Assembly: GCA_009838645.1 (NCBI GenBank)
Contig: VXRC01000045.1
Coordinates: forward strand, 1,594-65,593
Length of the DNA: 64,000 bases
Reading direction: 5' to 3'
From: Gemmatimonadota bacterium
GTDB taxonomy: Bacteria > JAAXHH01
A program made the translations under genes and the position numbers. Under the pieces are notes generated by a model. That model saw nothing but the letters and a program-made list of their open reading frames with translations, ran no database searches and had not been told where the DNA came from. Below are positions 45,928 through 54,761 of the stretch, piece by piece (position 1 is the first letter of the stretch; each line of letters starts with the position of its first letter).

Positions 45928-46914
45928 ATGCACGTCGGCACCCAGCAGTTCAGCACGGCGGACGAAGACCTCGAGTATCTCGCCCGTCACGGCGTTTTCA
46001 ACAAGAACGAGAACAACATCACCTTTCACCGCGAATACGGTTGGGACGTGGAGGAACTGGCGGCGAAGAAGGAGAAGTGCGCCCGGTTCGGGATCGACAT
46101 GGAGATGGTGGCGCTTCCCATCGCCCAGTTCAACGTGGACGGCGGCCAGGTGCCCAACTACATGCTGGGCAACTACGAAGAGGGCGACAAGGAAATCGAG
46201 CTGGTCTGCAACATGGTGCGCCAGGCCGCGGAAGCGGGTATCCCCGCGATCAAATACTACCTGTGCGAGATGGAGAACCAGCGCACCGAGAGCGATCCGC
46301 CCGGCCGCGGGGGGTCGATCTACAGCACCTGGCACCTGGAGAAGGCGAAGGACCGGCCGGCCAGGTACGACGAGCCCGTGACCGCCGAGATGAACTGGGC
46401 CCGCATCACCTACTTCCTGGAGCGGGTGATCCCCGTGGCGACGGAGTGCAAGGTCCGCATGGCCTGCCATCCCTGCGACCCGTGGCTGCCGCCCGGGTAC
46501 CGGTGCGTGGACCGTGTGCTGGGTGGCTTCGATGGTTTCATGCAGTTCATCGAGATCTGCCCCAGCCCCTATCACGGCGTCAACCTCTGCCTGGGCTGCA
46601 TGGCGGAGAGTTCTCTCGATCCCCTCAACGAGGTGCCGGACATCATCCGTTACCTCGGATCGCGCAAGAAGATCTTCCTCTGCCACTTCCGCAACATCGT
46701 GGGCGGGCGCAACAAGTTCCAGGAGGTCTGGCCGGACGAAGGCGTGATGAACATGCACCGCAACATGCAGGCGCTCAAGGAGGTCGGCTACGATCACATG
46801 TGCGTGCCGGACCACGCGCCGGGACACAAGGATCCGGACAGCTACCGGCAGGCCTTCGCCTACGAGTTCGGCTACATCCGGGCCATGATCCAGGCCGTGA
46901 TGGACAAGGGGTAG
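45928..46914 (+). CDS. UxuA-like (mannonate dehydratase family) TIM-barrel protein
   Basis: Blocks resembling E. coli UxuA: AGIPAIKYYLCEMENQRTE, VATECKVRMACHPCDP, IFLCHFRN, CVPDHAPGH. Family assignment from memory. Confidence 0.5.
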   Translation: MHVGTQQFSTADEDLEYLARHGVFNKNENNITFHREYGWDVEELAAKKEKCARFGIDMEMVALPIAQFNVDGGQVPNYMLGNYEEGDKEIELVCNMVRQAAEAGIPAIKYYLCEMENQRTESDPPGRGGSIYSTWHLEKAKDRPARYDEPVTAEMNWARITYFLERVIPVATECKVRMACHPCDPWLPPGYRCVDRVLGGFDGFMQFIEICPSPYHGVNLCLGCMAESSLDPLNEVPDIIRYLGSRKKIFLCHFRNIVGGRNKFQEVWPDEGVMNMHRNMQALKEVGYDHMCVPDHAPGHKDPDSYRQAFAYEFGYIRAMIQAVMDKG

Positions 46915-47036
46915 GGCCACCCGGTTCTTCAGAATATACTCAACCATCTAATCGGTATTTGACCGGCAATAGCTTGTCGAAATACGTTGCCACGTATGTT
47001 TTAATTTCAAACAATATATCGAATATTATTGACAAT

Positions 47037-47065
47037 CATGTTCGATTTTTGTATATGTTCTATTA
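47037..47065 (+). promoter_or_regulatory. Near-consensus sigma70 promoter TTGACA-N17-TATATG upstream of islet 1's first gene
   Basis: ttgacaatcatgttcgatttttgtatatg, then GAGGGAGGTGAGTA-ATG (strong SD) at 47106. Confidence 0.35.
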
Positions 47066-47105
47066 CGTATCGCCAACCGATCCACCACTGCGAGGGAGGT
47101 GAGTA

Positions 47106-48338
47106 ATGGATCTCAGAGAGCTCGGACAAAGACTGCGTTATGCGCGGGAGTTCAGGGGGCTCAGTCAACAGGCGACAGCGAAAGCCATTGGTGTGACAAG
47201 AACGGCAATTACTCAGATGGAGTCCGGTAACCGGTCAGTTTCGACACTGGAACTGTCAAAACTCGCTGAGTGTTTTAGACGACCGATAAGCTACTTTTTT
47301 CAGGAGACTACCGAGGAAGAAGATATACTAATCTCGCTATACCGAATTGCACCTAATTTGAAAAGCAATCGTGCAATTCGAAATCGAGTTGGTCAGTGCC
47401 TAGACCTCTTTCGAGAAGGCTTGGCCATGAAAAAGATCCTCGGTATAGAATCCCGTGCAGGTCTACCCGTGTATGATATTCAACCCCCTCGAACCAGAGG
47501 CGATGCTATTACCCAGGGCAATAAGGCTGCTACAGAAGAGAGGCGTCGGTTAGGCATAGGTGAGTCTCCGATTCACAATATCACGGAGCTAATTGTGTCG
47601 CAGGGAATCTGGGCTTCCGATGCAAAACTGCCACAAGAGATGTCGGGACTTTTTGTTAATCATAGCTCATTTGGATTGGCGATTGTCGTTAACTCAGATC
47701 ATTCGCGAGGTCGGAAACAGTTTTCCTATGCACATGAATATGCCCATGCACTTATGGACAGGGATGGGAATCTAGCGGTCTCCAGTAGAGAAAACTCGTC
47801 CGAACTGGTGGAAGTACGAGCAAACGCATTTGCCGCGTCTTTTTTAATGCCTGCAGGAGGCGTATACGAAGAACTAAAGGACTTGGATACGGATTTCCCT
47901 TACCAAAGGGTTCATACCGTATACGATGCTGCCCGTGGAGAGCCATTAGAAGGAGTCATACGTACGTCACCAAGTTCGCGTGGCGTGACCTATAAAGACG
48001 TGGCGAAAATAGCACATCGTTTTGGGGTTAGTTATCAGGCAGCACTATATCGAATGAAAAGTCTAAGGATAGTATCTGACCAGGAAATGGACCGTCAGAT
48101 GGCATTAGAAGATCTAGGTAAGGAGTTTCTCAATGAGTTAAGCGATTCCGAAAGTGTAGAAAGAAGGGATTTGAAAAAACCATCTGATCGAGAACTGCGC
48201 TTTGAAGTGGCTGGTCTTGCAATTGAGGCCTTCCGAAGAGATTGTATCTCCCAAGGCCGACTTCTAGAACTAAGTAAGTTGCTAAAAATAGATGGTCAGC
48301 AATTTATCGACTTTGCATTGAAGGCGCGTGGGAATTGA
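47106..48338 (+). CDS. Fusion of XRE-family HTH and ImmA/IrrE (M78) zinc metallopeptidase domains
   Basis: N-terminal HTH LRYAREFRGLSQQATAKAIGVTRTAITQMESGNR. HExxH in FSYAHEYAHALMD. 410 aa. Confidence 0.75.
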   Translation: MDLRELGQRLRYAREFRGLSQQATAKAIGVTRTAITQMESGNRSVSTLELSKLAECFRRPISYFFQETTEEEDILISLYRIAPNLKSNRAIRNRVGQCLDLFREGLAMKKILGIESRAGLPVYDIQPPRTRGDAITQGNKAATEERRRLGIGESPIHNITELIVSQGIWASDAKLPQEMSGLFVNHSSFGLAIVVNSDHSRGRKQFSYAHEYAHALMDRDGNLAVSSRENSSELVEVRANAFAASFLMPAGGVYEELKDLDTDFPYQRVHTVYDAARGEPLEGVIRTSPSSRGVTYKDVAKIAHRFGVSYQAALYRMKSLRIVSDQEMDRQMALEDLGKEFLNELSDSESVERRDLKKPSDRELRFEVAGLAIEAFRRDCISQGRLLELSKLLKIDGQQFIDFALKARGN

Positions 48339-48340
48339 AA

Positions 48341-48862
48341 ATGTGTATGGTGAAAAACAAGCCCAAGATCGTAATGGATTCAACAGTGATAGTCAGTCTA
48401 TTACGTACAGATCGCTTAGCAATATTCAGCCGATTTGCCCACGGTCGTCTGCTGATAACAAACCATGTATTAGTGGAGATAACAAACTGTTTCCCCGATC
48501 AATTGAAGTCATTTGAGTATCTGGTTGATCGCGGGATTTTAAAGCAGATCTCTGTCAGTAACAAGGACGAACTGTTGGTGTTCCGTGATCTATGTAAACT
48601 AAACACGTTGGGTATTGGTGAATGCGCTGCCATTGCGGTTGCTGTAACAGGAAATCGAATCTTGGCGATAGATGGTAGATGTGCCTCAAGTCAAGCCAGA
48701 AGGATGCAACCAGATCTTCGCATTTTAAGCACCAAGAATCTAATGGATACTTTGCTTAAGAATAACGTGATGGATGAAAACAGACTCAAGACAGCATTAA
48801 ATGCACCATTTAATACGAGTTCCGACCGACCCCCAAACACAGGCGTCGTGGAGTCTTCTTAG
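48341..48862 (+). CDS. PIN-like domain protein (resembles DUF3368/COG2405-type PIN nucleases)
   Basis: KIVMDSTVIV (beta1 Asp), VLVEIT, LGIGECAAIAVAV...LAIDGR pattern. ATG lies 3 nt after the stop of the HTH-ImmA gene. An alternative TTG start at 48335 overlaps that stop. Confidence 0.5.
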   Translation: MCMVKNKPKIVMDSTVIVSLLRTDRLAIFSRFAHGRLLITNHVLVEITNCFPDQLKSFEYLVDRGILKQISVSNKDELLVFRDLCKLNTLGIGECAAIAVAVTGNRILAIDGRCASSQARRMQPDLRILSTKNLMDTLLKNNVMDENRLKTALNAPFNTSSDRPPNTGVVESS

Positions 48863-48928
48863 ATTGTCAACTGTTTACCTTTTGAAGTCAGTCTGATTAG
48901 AAACCATTGACTCGGTAGATGACAAATT

Positions 48929-49849
48929 ATGCCCGATAGCAAAAAGTTTTACGTTCTTGCTTTGGATGGTGGCGGTACAAGAGGGGTATATTCCGCGCAA
49001 CTTCTTTCCAAGCTTGAAACGACATTGGGACGTAGTATCAGAGACTGTTTCCATCTTATAGCTGGATCAAGCACCGGTTCAATTGTAGCGGGTGCGGCTG
49101 CAACAGGTATAAAGATGGAAAAAACCGTTGGTTTTTTTGAGAAATCGGCCAAAAGGGTATTCAAGAAACGTTTTTATCGATGTGGATTAACAAAAAGTAA
49201 GTACCGAAATGAGCAACTTAGGGAAGTTATTACAGATTCACTTCCTTCAATAACTCTTGGCGAAATTGAAACACCGCTGATGATAACTGGTTCCGATACG
49301 AGTACCGGCAAAGCGAGGGTATTCAAGTCAAGATACTTAAAGCAACTTGGAGAACCTTACGTAATGGATGGGAACTTGCTATTGAGCAAAGTGATTCTAG
49401 CTTCGTGTTCCGCACCAACATTTTTCGATCCAACAGATATCGATGGTCATCTAGTTGTCGATGGCGGTCTCTGGGCTAACAATCCTTCGATCATATCGCT
49501 TTCCGAAGCTATTTCGAAATTCAACAGGGAGGTAAAAGATGTCAAAATCCTATCCATAGGGACAGGACAGAAAACCGAAAGCATATACGCTAGACAGAAG
49601 CACTGGGGATTACTTACAGGATGGGGTGGGGTCAAACTCGTTACGTATTTCCTTGACCTGCAGTCTCAAGCTTCCAAGAACATGGCCGAGTTAGTCCTTG
49701 GTAACAACTATCTTCGTCTTAACCCATCGATAGGAGACTGGAACCTGGACGATACAGAGCACTTGGAAAACCTACGGTCTCTTGCTGACATGGATTACTC
49801 GTACAATGTAGATGCAATAAAAGCTTTTACAATTCCCGATGGAGGTTAA
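48929..49849 (+). CDS. Patatin-like phospholipase (CapV-like candidate effector)
   Basis: Oxyanion hole LDGGGTRG, nucleophile elbow AGSSTG (GxSxG), and catalytic Asp in VVDGGLWANNP. Confidence 0.85.
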   Translation: MPDSKKFYVLALDGGGTRGVYSAQLLSKLETTLGRSIRDCFHLIAGSSTGSIVAGAAATGIKMEKTVGFFEKSAKRVFKKRFYRCGLTKSKYRNEQLREVITDSLPSITLGEIETPLMITGSDTSTGKARVFKSRYLKQLGEPYVMDGNLLLSKVILASCSAPTFFDPTDIDGHLVVDGGLWANNPSIISLSEAISKFNREVKDVKILSIGTGQKTESIYARQKHWGLLTGWGGVKLVTYFLDLQSQASKNMAELVLGNNYLRLNPSIGDWNLDDTEHLENLRSLADMDYSYNVDAIKAFTIPDGG

Positions 49850-49851
49850 AA

Positions 49852-51471
49852 ATGAAACATCCTCAATACTTTGTTGATTTCCTAAAAAATGAAGTCAACC
49901 TGAATCCGGATAGGCTTGAAACACTCAAAAGTAGGTCTAGTGCAGTAGGTAAATACCTGCGCGACAACCTGGGTTTATATCGAAAGACGGAACGACAGGG
50001 ATCGTATGCTACTGAAACGATAATTAAACCAGTTAACAATCATGAATATGACGCAGACTTGCTTCTTTACATGAAGTATGATGCGGACAAAGTACCTCGG
50101 GAATACATAGAGGATGTTTACAGTTGCCTGAAGAAGAATAAAACCTACAAGGATAAGATCCACAGAAAGACCCACTGCGTTATAATTGACTATACAGGGG
50201 ATTTCCATCTGGATCTCGTCCCTTGTATTGAAAGCAACGGTAGCTCATATGTGTGTAACAGACAGACTAACAAGTACGAACTCACAGATGGGACTGGTTA
50301 TAGGGACTGGTTCATTGGTAAATCCAGAAAGACAAATGGTCACTTAAAACGAGTGGTAAGATTGCTGAAGTACCTAAGGGACATTAAGCAGACCTTTTCA
50401 ATACCCTCGATTGTATTGACGACTCTTGTCGCAAGGGAAGTACTAGAGTGGGGTGACGAGAACCGCTATAGTGATATTCCAGAAACATTGAAAACAATAT
50501 CTAATAGGATCAACGGTTTTCTACAAGCCAACCACTACTTACCTTCAATCGCTAATCCCGTCATTCCATCAGAAAACCTCGCCACAAACTGGAGCCAAGA
50601 TCAGTATACGAACTTCAGAAGCAAATTCGATCTATACAATAGTAAAATCAATGATGCTTACGCTGAAAATGACCACAACGAAAGTGTTAAAAAATGGCGA
50701 AGTGTTTTCGGTGAGAAATTCGGTAAGCTTAATGGTACAAACACGTACAGGAGTGCATTGGGTACTACAGGAATTACCTCATCCGTGACCCCTAGGAAGC
50801 AGCACGCTGGTTTGCACGAGATTGCCAGAGAATTCCCACTTAATGATAACCAGATACAGAGATTATTGGACCAGTTTCCACGTTTACGTTATGAACCAGA
50901 ACCAAAAAGGATCGTCGGTGGAATTGACTTCTGCGCCTATTACGACACAAAGTCGGGGAAACTTGAAATTGGCGACTTAGAAGATGCACGAACACATCCT
51001 CTGTTTATTTGCGATAGTTATGAAATCAAAATATGCTTGAATTCTGTGGATCTAAATGGCTGGCCAGCTGTTTATGAATCTGGTGGCAGACATTACGAGA
51101 TTGCTACCCGGTACAGAATACCTGAAGTTGATCTACATTTCTATCCGAATAGTGGTGCCTGCTGTCTTGGAATAAGAAGATCACGTCCAAGTACACGATT
51201 TGATGTCATACAGTTTGTAGCTGACCTGGTTATCCCGTTTCTATACCGACTTTCTTATGTAGATAAGTTCGGGTTGGAAGCTGCACGTAGGGATCTTTGG
51301 GGTGAGTATTCCCATTCGGATGGTATACAGGAGTATATAACAGAAATGTTAGTATACGCTGGTAAAAACCCAGGACGGAATACCAGTTGTCCGTGCGGAA
51401 GTGGAAAGAAATACAAAAACTGCCATATGAATGAGGTAGAGCATACATTGAATGCAGTAAATAGCCTGTGA
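49852..51471 (+). CDS. SMODS/CD-NTase-like nucleotidyltransferase with C-terminal extension of about 200 aa ending in a SEC-C zinc motif
   Basis: Pol-beta NTase motifs RQGSYATETIIKPVNNHEYDADLLLYM (GS...DxD) and third acidic residue in DFHLDLVPC. Downstream IPSIVLTTLVAREV resembles the CD-NTase hpShhLEhL helix. C-terminus SCPCGSGKKYKNCH. GGAGG sits 6 nt upstream, and the gene starts 3 nt after the patatin stop. Confidence 0.6.
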   Translation: MKHPQYFVDFLKNEVNLNPDRLETLKSRSSAVGKYLRDNLGLYRKTERQGSYATETIIKPVNNHEYDADLLLYMKYDADKVPREYIEDVYSCLKKNKTYKDKIHRKTHCVIIDYTGDFHLDLVPCIESNGSSYVCNRQTNKYELTDGTGYRDWFIGKSRKTNGHLKRVVRLLKYLRDIKQTFSIPSIVLTTLVAREVLEWGDENRYSDIPETLKTISNRINGFLQANHYLPSIANPVIPSENLATNWSQDQYTNFRSKFDLYNSKINDAYAENDHNESVKKWRSVFGEKFGKLNGTNTYRSALGTTGITSSVTPRKQHAGLHEIAREFPLNDNQIQRLLDQFPRLRYEPEPKRIVGGIDFCAYYDTKSGKLEIGDLEDARTHPLFICDSYEIKICLNSVDLNGWPAVYESGGRHYEIATRYRIPEVDLHFYPNSGACCLGIRRSRPSTRFDVIQFVADLVIPFLYRLSYVDKFGLEAARRDLWGEYSHSDGIQEYITEMLVYAGKNPGRNTSCPCGSGKKYKNCHMNEVEHTLNAVNSL

Positions 51472-51514
51472 TATTTCTGAGAAATAAGGCTAAGATACTT
51501 CCGGAGTATTAAAA

Positions 51515-52312
51515 GTGATCTCAAAACGCATACTACCCGGCGAGCGCCTCGACGACGCCCAAATGGACGTGATTCTCGAGGACTTTTGCAGGAATGGTGT
51601 CACCCTCATTCCCGGGGTGCTGACGAGGGAAGAAATCGACGCACTCCGCGAGGTCACGGACCGTTGCTTCAACGATCCCGTCCTGGCCGGCACCGATTAC
51701 TTGAGCGGCCAGGGAGACGGATTCGTGCTGCGGAACACGCTGGAGCTGGACGCGGTGTTCGTGGACATGCTGATCCGTGAACCCATCCTGAGCCTGGCCG
51801 AGGCGGTCGTGGGGGAGGACTGCAAGTTCTGCGGTCAGAACGTGATCCGCAACGCGCCGGGACAGGCGATCGATCTGTGGCACGTGGACGACCGGGTGGA
51901 GTTCCCGCTGCCGGACGACGTGCCCCGCCACGACCCACGCATCCGCATGCCCGTGCAGTGGTTCACCATCCAGATGGCGCTCACCGACATCGACACGGTC
52001 GAGGACGGCCCGACGCAGTTCGTCCCGGGCAGCCACTATTCCGGCAGGGACCCCAACAGCCAGGAAAACCCCGAGTTCGATGGACGAGGGCCGGTATCGG
52101 TCTTCTGCAAGGCAGGAGACGTCTACCTGCAGAACAACCAGTGCTGGCACCGGGGTGCGCCGGTTACGTCGAACCGGATGCGCTACGTCTTCCAGTCCCA
52201 GTATGCCGCCCGCTGGGCCCACCGGCGATTTTCCGAATACCACCACGTTCCCGTACCGCCCACGGTGCTGTCCCGGGCGTCCGACCGGTTGCGCGGCGTG
52301 CTGGGCGTGTGA
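51515..52312 (+). CDS. PhyH-family dioxygenase, paralog 3 (GTG start)
   Basis: HxD in LWHVDDRVE, FVPGSHYS, distal His NQCWHRGAP. High GC resumes here. Confidence 0.65.
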   Translation: MISKRILPGERLDDAQMDVILEDFCRNGVTLIPGVLTREEIDALREVTDRCFNDPVLAGTDYLSGQGDGFVLRNTLELDAVFVDMLIREPILSLAEAVVGEDCKFCGQNVIRNAPGQAIDLWHVDDRVEFPLPDDVPRHDPRIRMPVQWFTIQMALTDIDTVEDGPTQFVPGSHYSGRDPNSQENPEFDGRGPVSVFCKAGDVYLQNNQCWHRGAPVTSNRMRYVFQSQYAARWAHRRFSEYHHVPVPPTVLSRASDRLRGVLGV

Positions 52313-52362
52313 CGTAACGGACTCCGGCCTAGCCCCGGCATCGACCGGGTGTGCTTGGTGGA

Positions 52363-53577
52363 TTAGTGCACGATGGTCTCGAACTGCGCGGGCAGCGCCA
52401 CCTCGAGGAGTTCGAGGTCGGTCGAACGGTCTGTGAGCGACGTCTTCGTGTGCGGAGGAATGACGTAGGCGTCCCCTGCCTCGAGCCTGTGGGCAACCTG
52501 GTTTTCCCCGTTCAGCGTCACCTCCCCTTCCATGACGAAGGTGAAGAGGATATCGCCCGTGTGGCTAGTGACCTGTTCGCCGCCACCAGAGGAGCGGCCG
52601 TCCGGGCCGCCATCCGTGCCACTTCCACTCGCGTCGCTTCCACTCGCGTCGCCGCCGGCCGCACCGCTGTCCGCGCCATCCGTCGCCCGGGCGACCTGCA
52701 CCGAGGCCACGCCGTCCGTCGCCTTTCCGATGCCCGTTTCCCTCGCTTCGAACCCAGCAATTCTCCACGGTTCCCACACCGCGTCCTTGAGCTGGTGGCG
52801 GCAGAAGGTCTGACCGCCGAAGACGCGGTCGGGATTCAGCACCTGGGTCGGCAGCTCGACCTCGTGGTCGATAGTGGTCACGTGGTCAGCCGGGACGCCG
52901 ATCTCGATCACCTGGAGGTTCTCGGACGATTCGAGCACACGGTGCCGTATTTCCGGGGGCTGGATCACGCAGTCCCCGGCCTTCAGCATGAAGGGCGGCC
53001 CCTGGTCCTCGTAGACGAGCTTCACCTCGCCCCGGTAGGCGAAGATCAACTGGAATCCCACGGTGTGGTAGTGCACGACGTCGGGTACGGGTCCGGCGTC
53101 GGGTATCCGGATGTGGGAGGCGATGATGCTCCCACCCAGGCGGCCTGGTACCAGGTCGCGGTAGTGCATGCCCGCTCGGCCGATCACCCAGGGCGTGTTG
53201 TCCTTGAGCCTCCGCACGAGGAAGGCGTGCTGTGTCGGCGGGATCTCGAGCGGCGGATCGGCCTGTACGATCTCGATTCGGGTGCCGTTCGGCGCGGTGA
53301 GTTCGGTCTCGCCGCCAGCGAGGGCCGCCGGATCGCGGCACAAGATCCGCAGCGTGCCCGGTGGTTCGGAGGCATCCTGCTCCAGCCGGATGGTGAGTCC
53401 GTGGCCGGAGAGGACGGAGACCGTCGGGTAGTCGGCTGGGTAGATCTTGTCCATGCGGAACCCGAGGGTCTTCATGAAGAACCCCAGGTCCGCGGTCAGG
53501 TCCTCGGACGGCAGCCGGATCTCGGCGCCCTGGATATTGTCCGCGCGGTTGGATTGTTTGTCGTCATGTAACTGCAT
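52363..53577 (-). CDS. VOC/cupin-domain protein with Gly/Ser/Asp-rich insertion
   Basis: GAAGGAG sits 7 nt upstream of the ATG. Cupin-like strands (DILFTFVMEGEVTL...GDAYVIPP). Low-complexity insert DGADSGAAGGDASGSDASGSGTDGG comes from a 15-bp tandem repeat. Confidence 0.45.
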   Translation of the reverse strand: MQLHDDKQSNRADNIQGAEIRLPSEDLTADLGFFMKTLGFRMDKIYPADYPTVSVLSGHGLTIRLEQDASEPPGTLRILCRDPAALAGGETELTAPNGTRIEIVQADPPLEIPPTQHAFLVRRLKDNTPWVIGRAGMHYRDLVPGRLGGSIIASHIRIPDAGPVPDVVHYHTVGFQLIFAYRGEVKLVYEDQGPPFMLKAGDCVIQPPEIRHRVLESSENLQVIEIGVPADHVTTIDHEVELPTQVLNPDRVFGGQTFCRHQLKDAVWEPWRIAGFEARETGIGKATDGVASVQVARATDGADSGAAGGDASGSDASGSGTDGGPDGRSSGGGEQVTSHTGDILFTFVMEGEVTLNGENQVAHRLEAGDAYVIPPHTKTSLTDRSTDLELLEVALPAQFETIVH

Positions 53578-53589
53578 CGGCCTGCTCCT

Positions 53590-54711
53590 TCAACCTTTGA
53601 ATCGATACTTCTCCACGACGTCCATGTTCAGCTCCGTTCCCAGCCCGGGTTTCTCGGGAAGCCGGAAGTAGCCGCTTTCCACGACCGGCGGATCGGTCAG
53701 CAGGTCGTCGCGCCAGGGGGCGTCCCACTTTTCGTCCACGAACTCGAGCACCAGGGCGTTCGGGATGTTGGCCATGACGTGGAGGCTCGCAGTCGTCGAC
53801 AATGCGCTGTTCGGATTGTGGGGCGAGACCTGCATATAGTAGCTTTCGGCCATGGCGGCGATCTTCTTGGTCTCCATGATGCCGCCCGTGCGCACCACGT
53901 CCGGCATGATCATGTCGACGGCCTGGGCGGCGATCAGGTCCCGGAAGCCGAAGCGCGTGTACCGGCGCTCGCCCACGCACACCGGCACGTTGACCGACGC
54001 CGTCACCCGGGCCAAGGCGTCGATGTTCTCCGGGTGGACGGGCTCCTCGTAGAACAGCAGGCCGATTTCCTCCAGCCGGTTGCCGATGCGGATCGCGGCG
54101 CTCGTGGTGTACCGGCATCCCACGTCGGTGCAGAGGTCCACCTCGTCGCCCACGGCCTCGCGGCACCGGCGCATGTGTTCCAGTGCGAGCTTTTCTTCGC
54201 GAAGCGTGACGGAACGCGGTGAATCGATACGCTCCCCGTTGGCCAACTGGTCGGCGGGGAAGTACGCCTTGATGGCGGTAACGCCCTTCTCGGCCAGCGC
54301 CGCGCATTCCTCCGGGTTGGACGCATGGCTGTAGAACCGGATGCGGTCGCGGCACGGTCCGCCGATGAGGTTGTAGATGGGCTGCCCGGTGACCTTGCCC
54401 ACGATGTCCCACAGGGCGATCTCGATGCCGCTGACGGCCGCGATGACCGCGCCGGTCTGCCCGATCTGCTCCAGGGCGTAGTACATGCGATGGTACAGGT
54501 ACTCGATGTGGAAGGGATTTTCGCCGATGATGAGCTTGCCCAGTTCCTCCACGGATTGGGCGATGATCGTACCGCCCGGCCAGTTCGTGGCGTCCCCCAG
54601 GCCCACGACGCCCTCGTCGGTATGGACCTGGACGAAGATCCATGGCGATCCGATGTCCCGGGTTTTGCGCCAGGACTCTACCAGATGAACTTTCACATCG
54701 GTGATTTTCAC
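53590..54711 (-). CDS. Enolase-superfamily MR/MLE enzyme (acid-sugar dehydratase-like)
   Basis: GTG start with GGAGGA 5 nt upstream gives MKITDVKVHLVESW... Typical MR/MLE N-terminal capping domain plus a barrel with metal ligands (...DVGCRY..., EEP, ...D...). 373 aa. Confidence 0.75.
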   Translation of the reverse strand: MKITDVKVHLVESWRKTRDIGSPWIFVQVHTDEGVVGLGDATNWPGGTIIAQSVEELGKLIIGENPFHIEYLYHRMYYALEQIGQTGAVIAAVSGIEIALWDIVGKVTGQPIYNLIGGPCRDRIRFYSHASNPEECAALAEKGVTAIKAYFPADQLANGERIDSPRSVTLREEKLALEHMRRCREAVGDEVDLCTDVGCRYTTSAAIRIGNRLEEIGLLFYEEPVHPENIDALARVTASVNVPVCVGERRYTRFGFRDLIAAQAVDMIMPDVVRTGGIMETKKIAAMAESYYMQVSPHNPNSALSTTASLHVMANIPNALVLEFVDEKWDAPWRDDLLTDPPVVESGYFRLPEKPGLGTELNMDVVEKYRFKG

Positions 54712-54761
54712 AGACTTCCTCCGGGCGTCATCCAGGCTGCGCGCGGTTCGAGCCGCCGCCC

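Larger units (their letters stand above)
46915..51514. other. Low-GC genomic islet 1 (putative horizontally acquired defence island)
   Basis: Base composition drops abruptly from the flanking level, roughly 20 percentage points by eye, exactly between the UxuA-like stop and the next PhyH start. Contains four genes with defence-associated domains. No integrase, tRNA or direct repeats at the borders. Confidence 0.7.

Noticed and set aside
46915-51514. Integrase, transposase, or att-site direct repeats flanking the low-GC islet
   Set aside because: Searched the borders by eye and found none. The island cannot be classed as an integrative element on present evidence.
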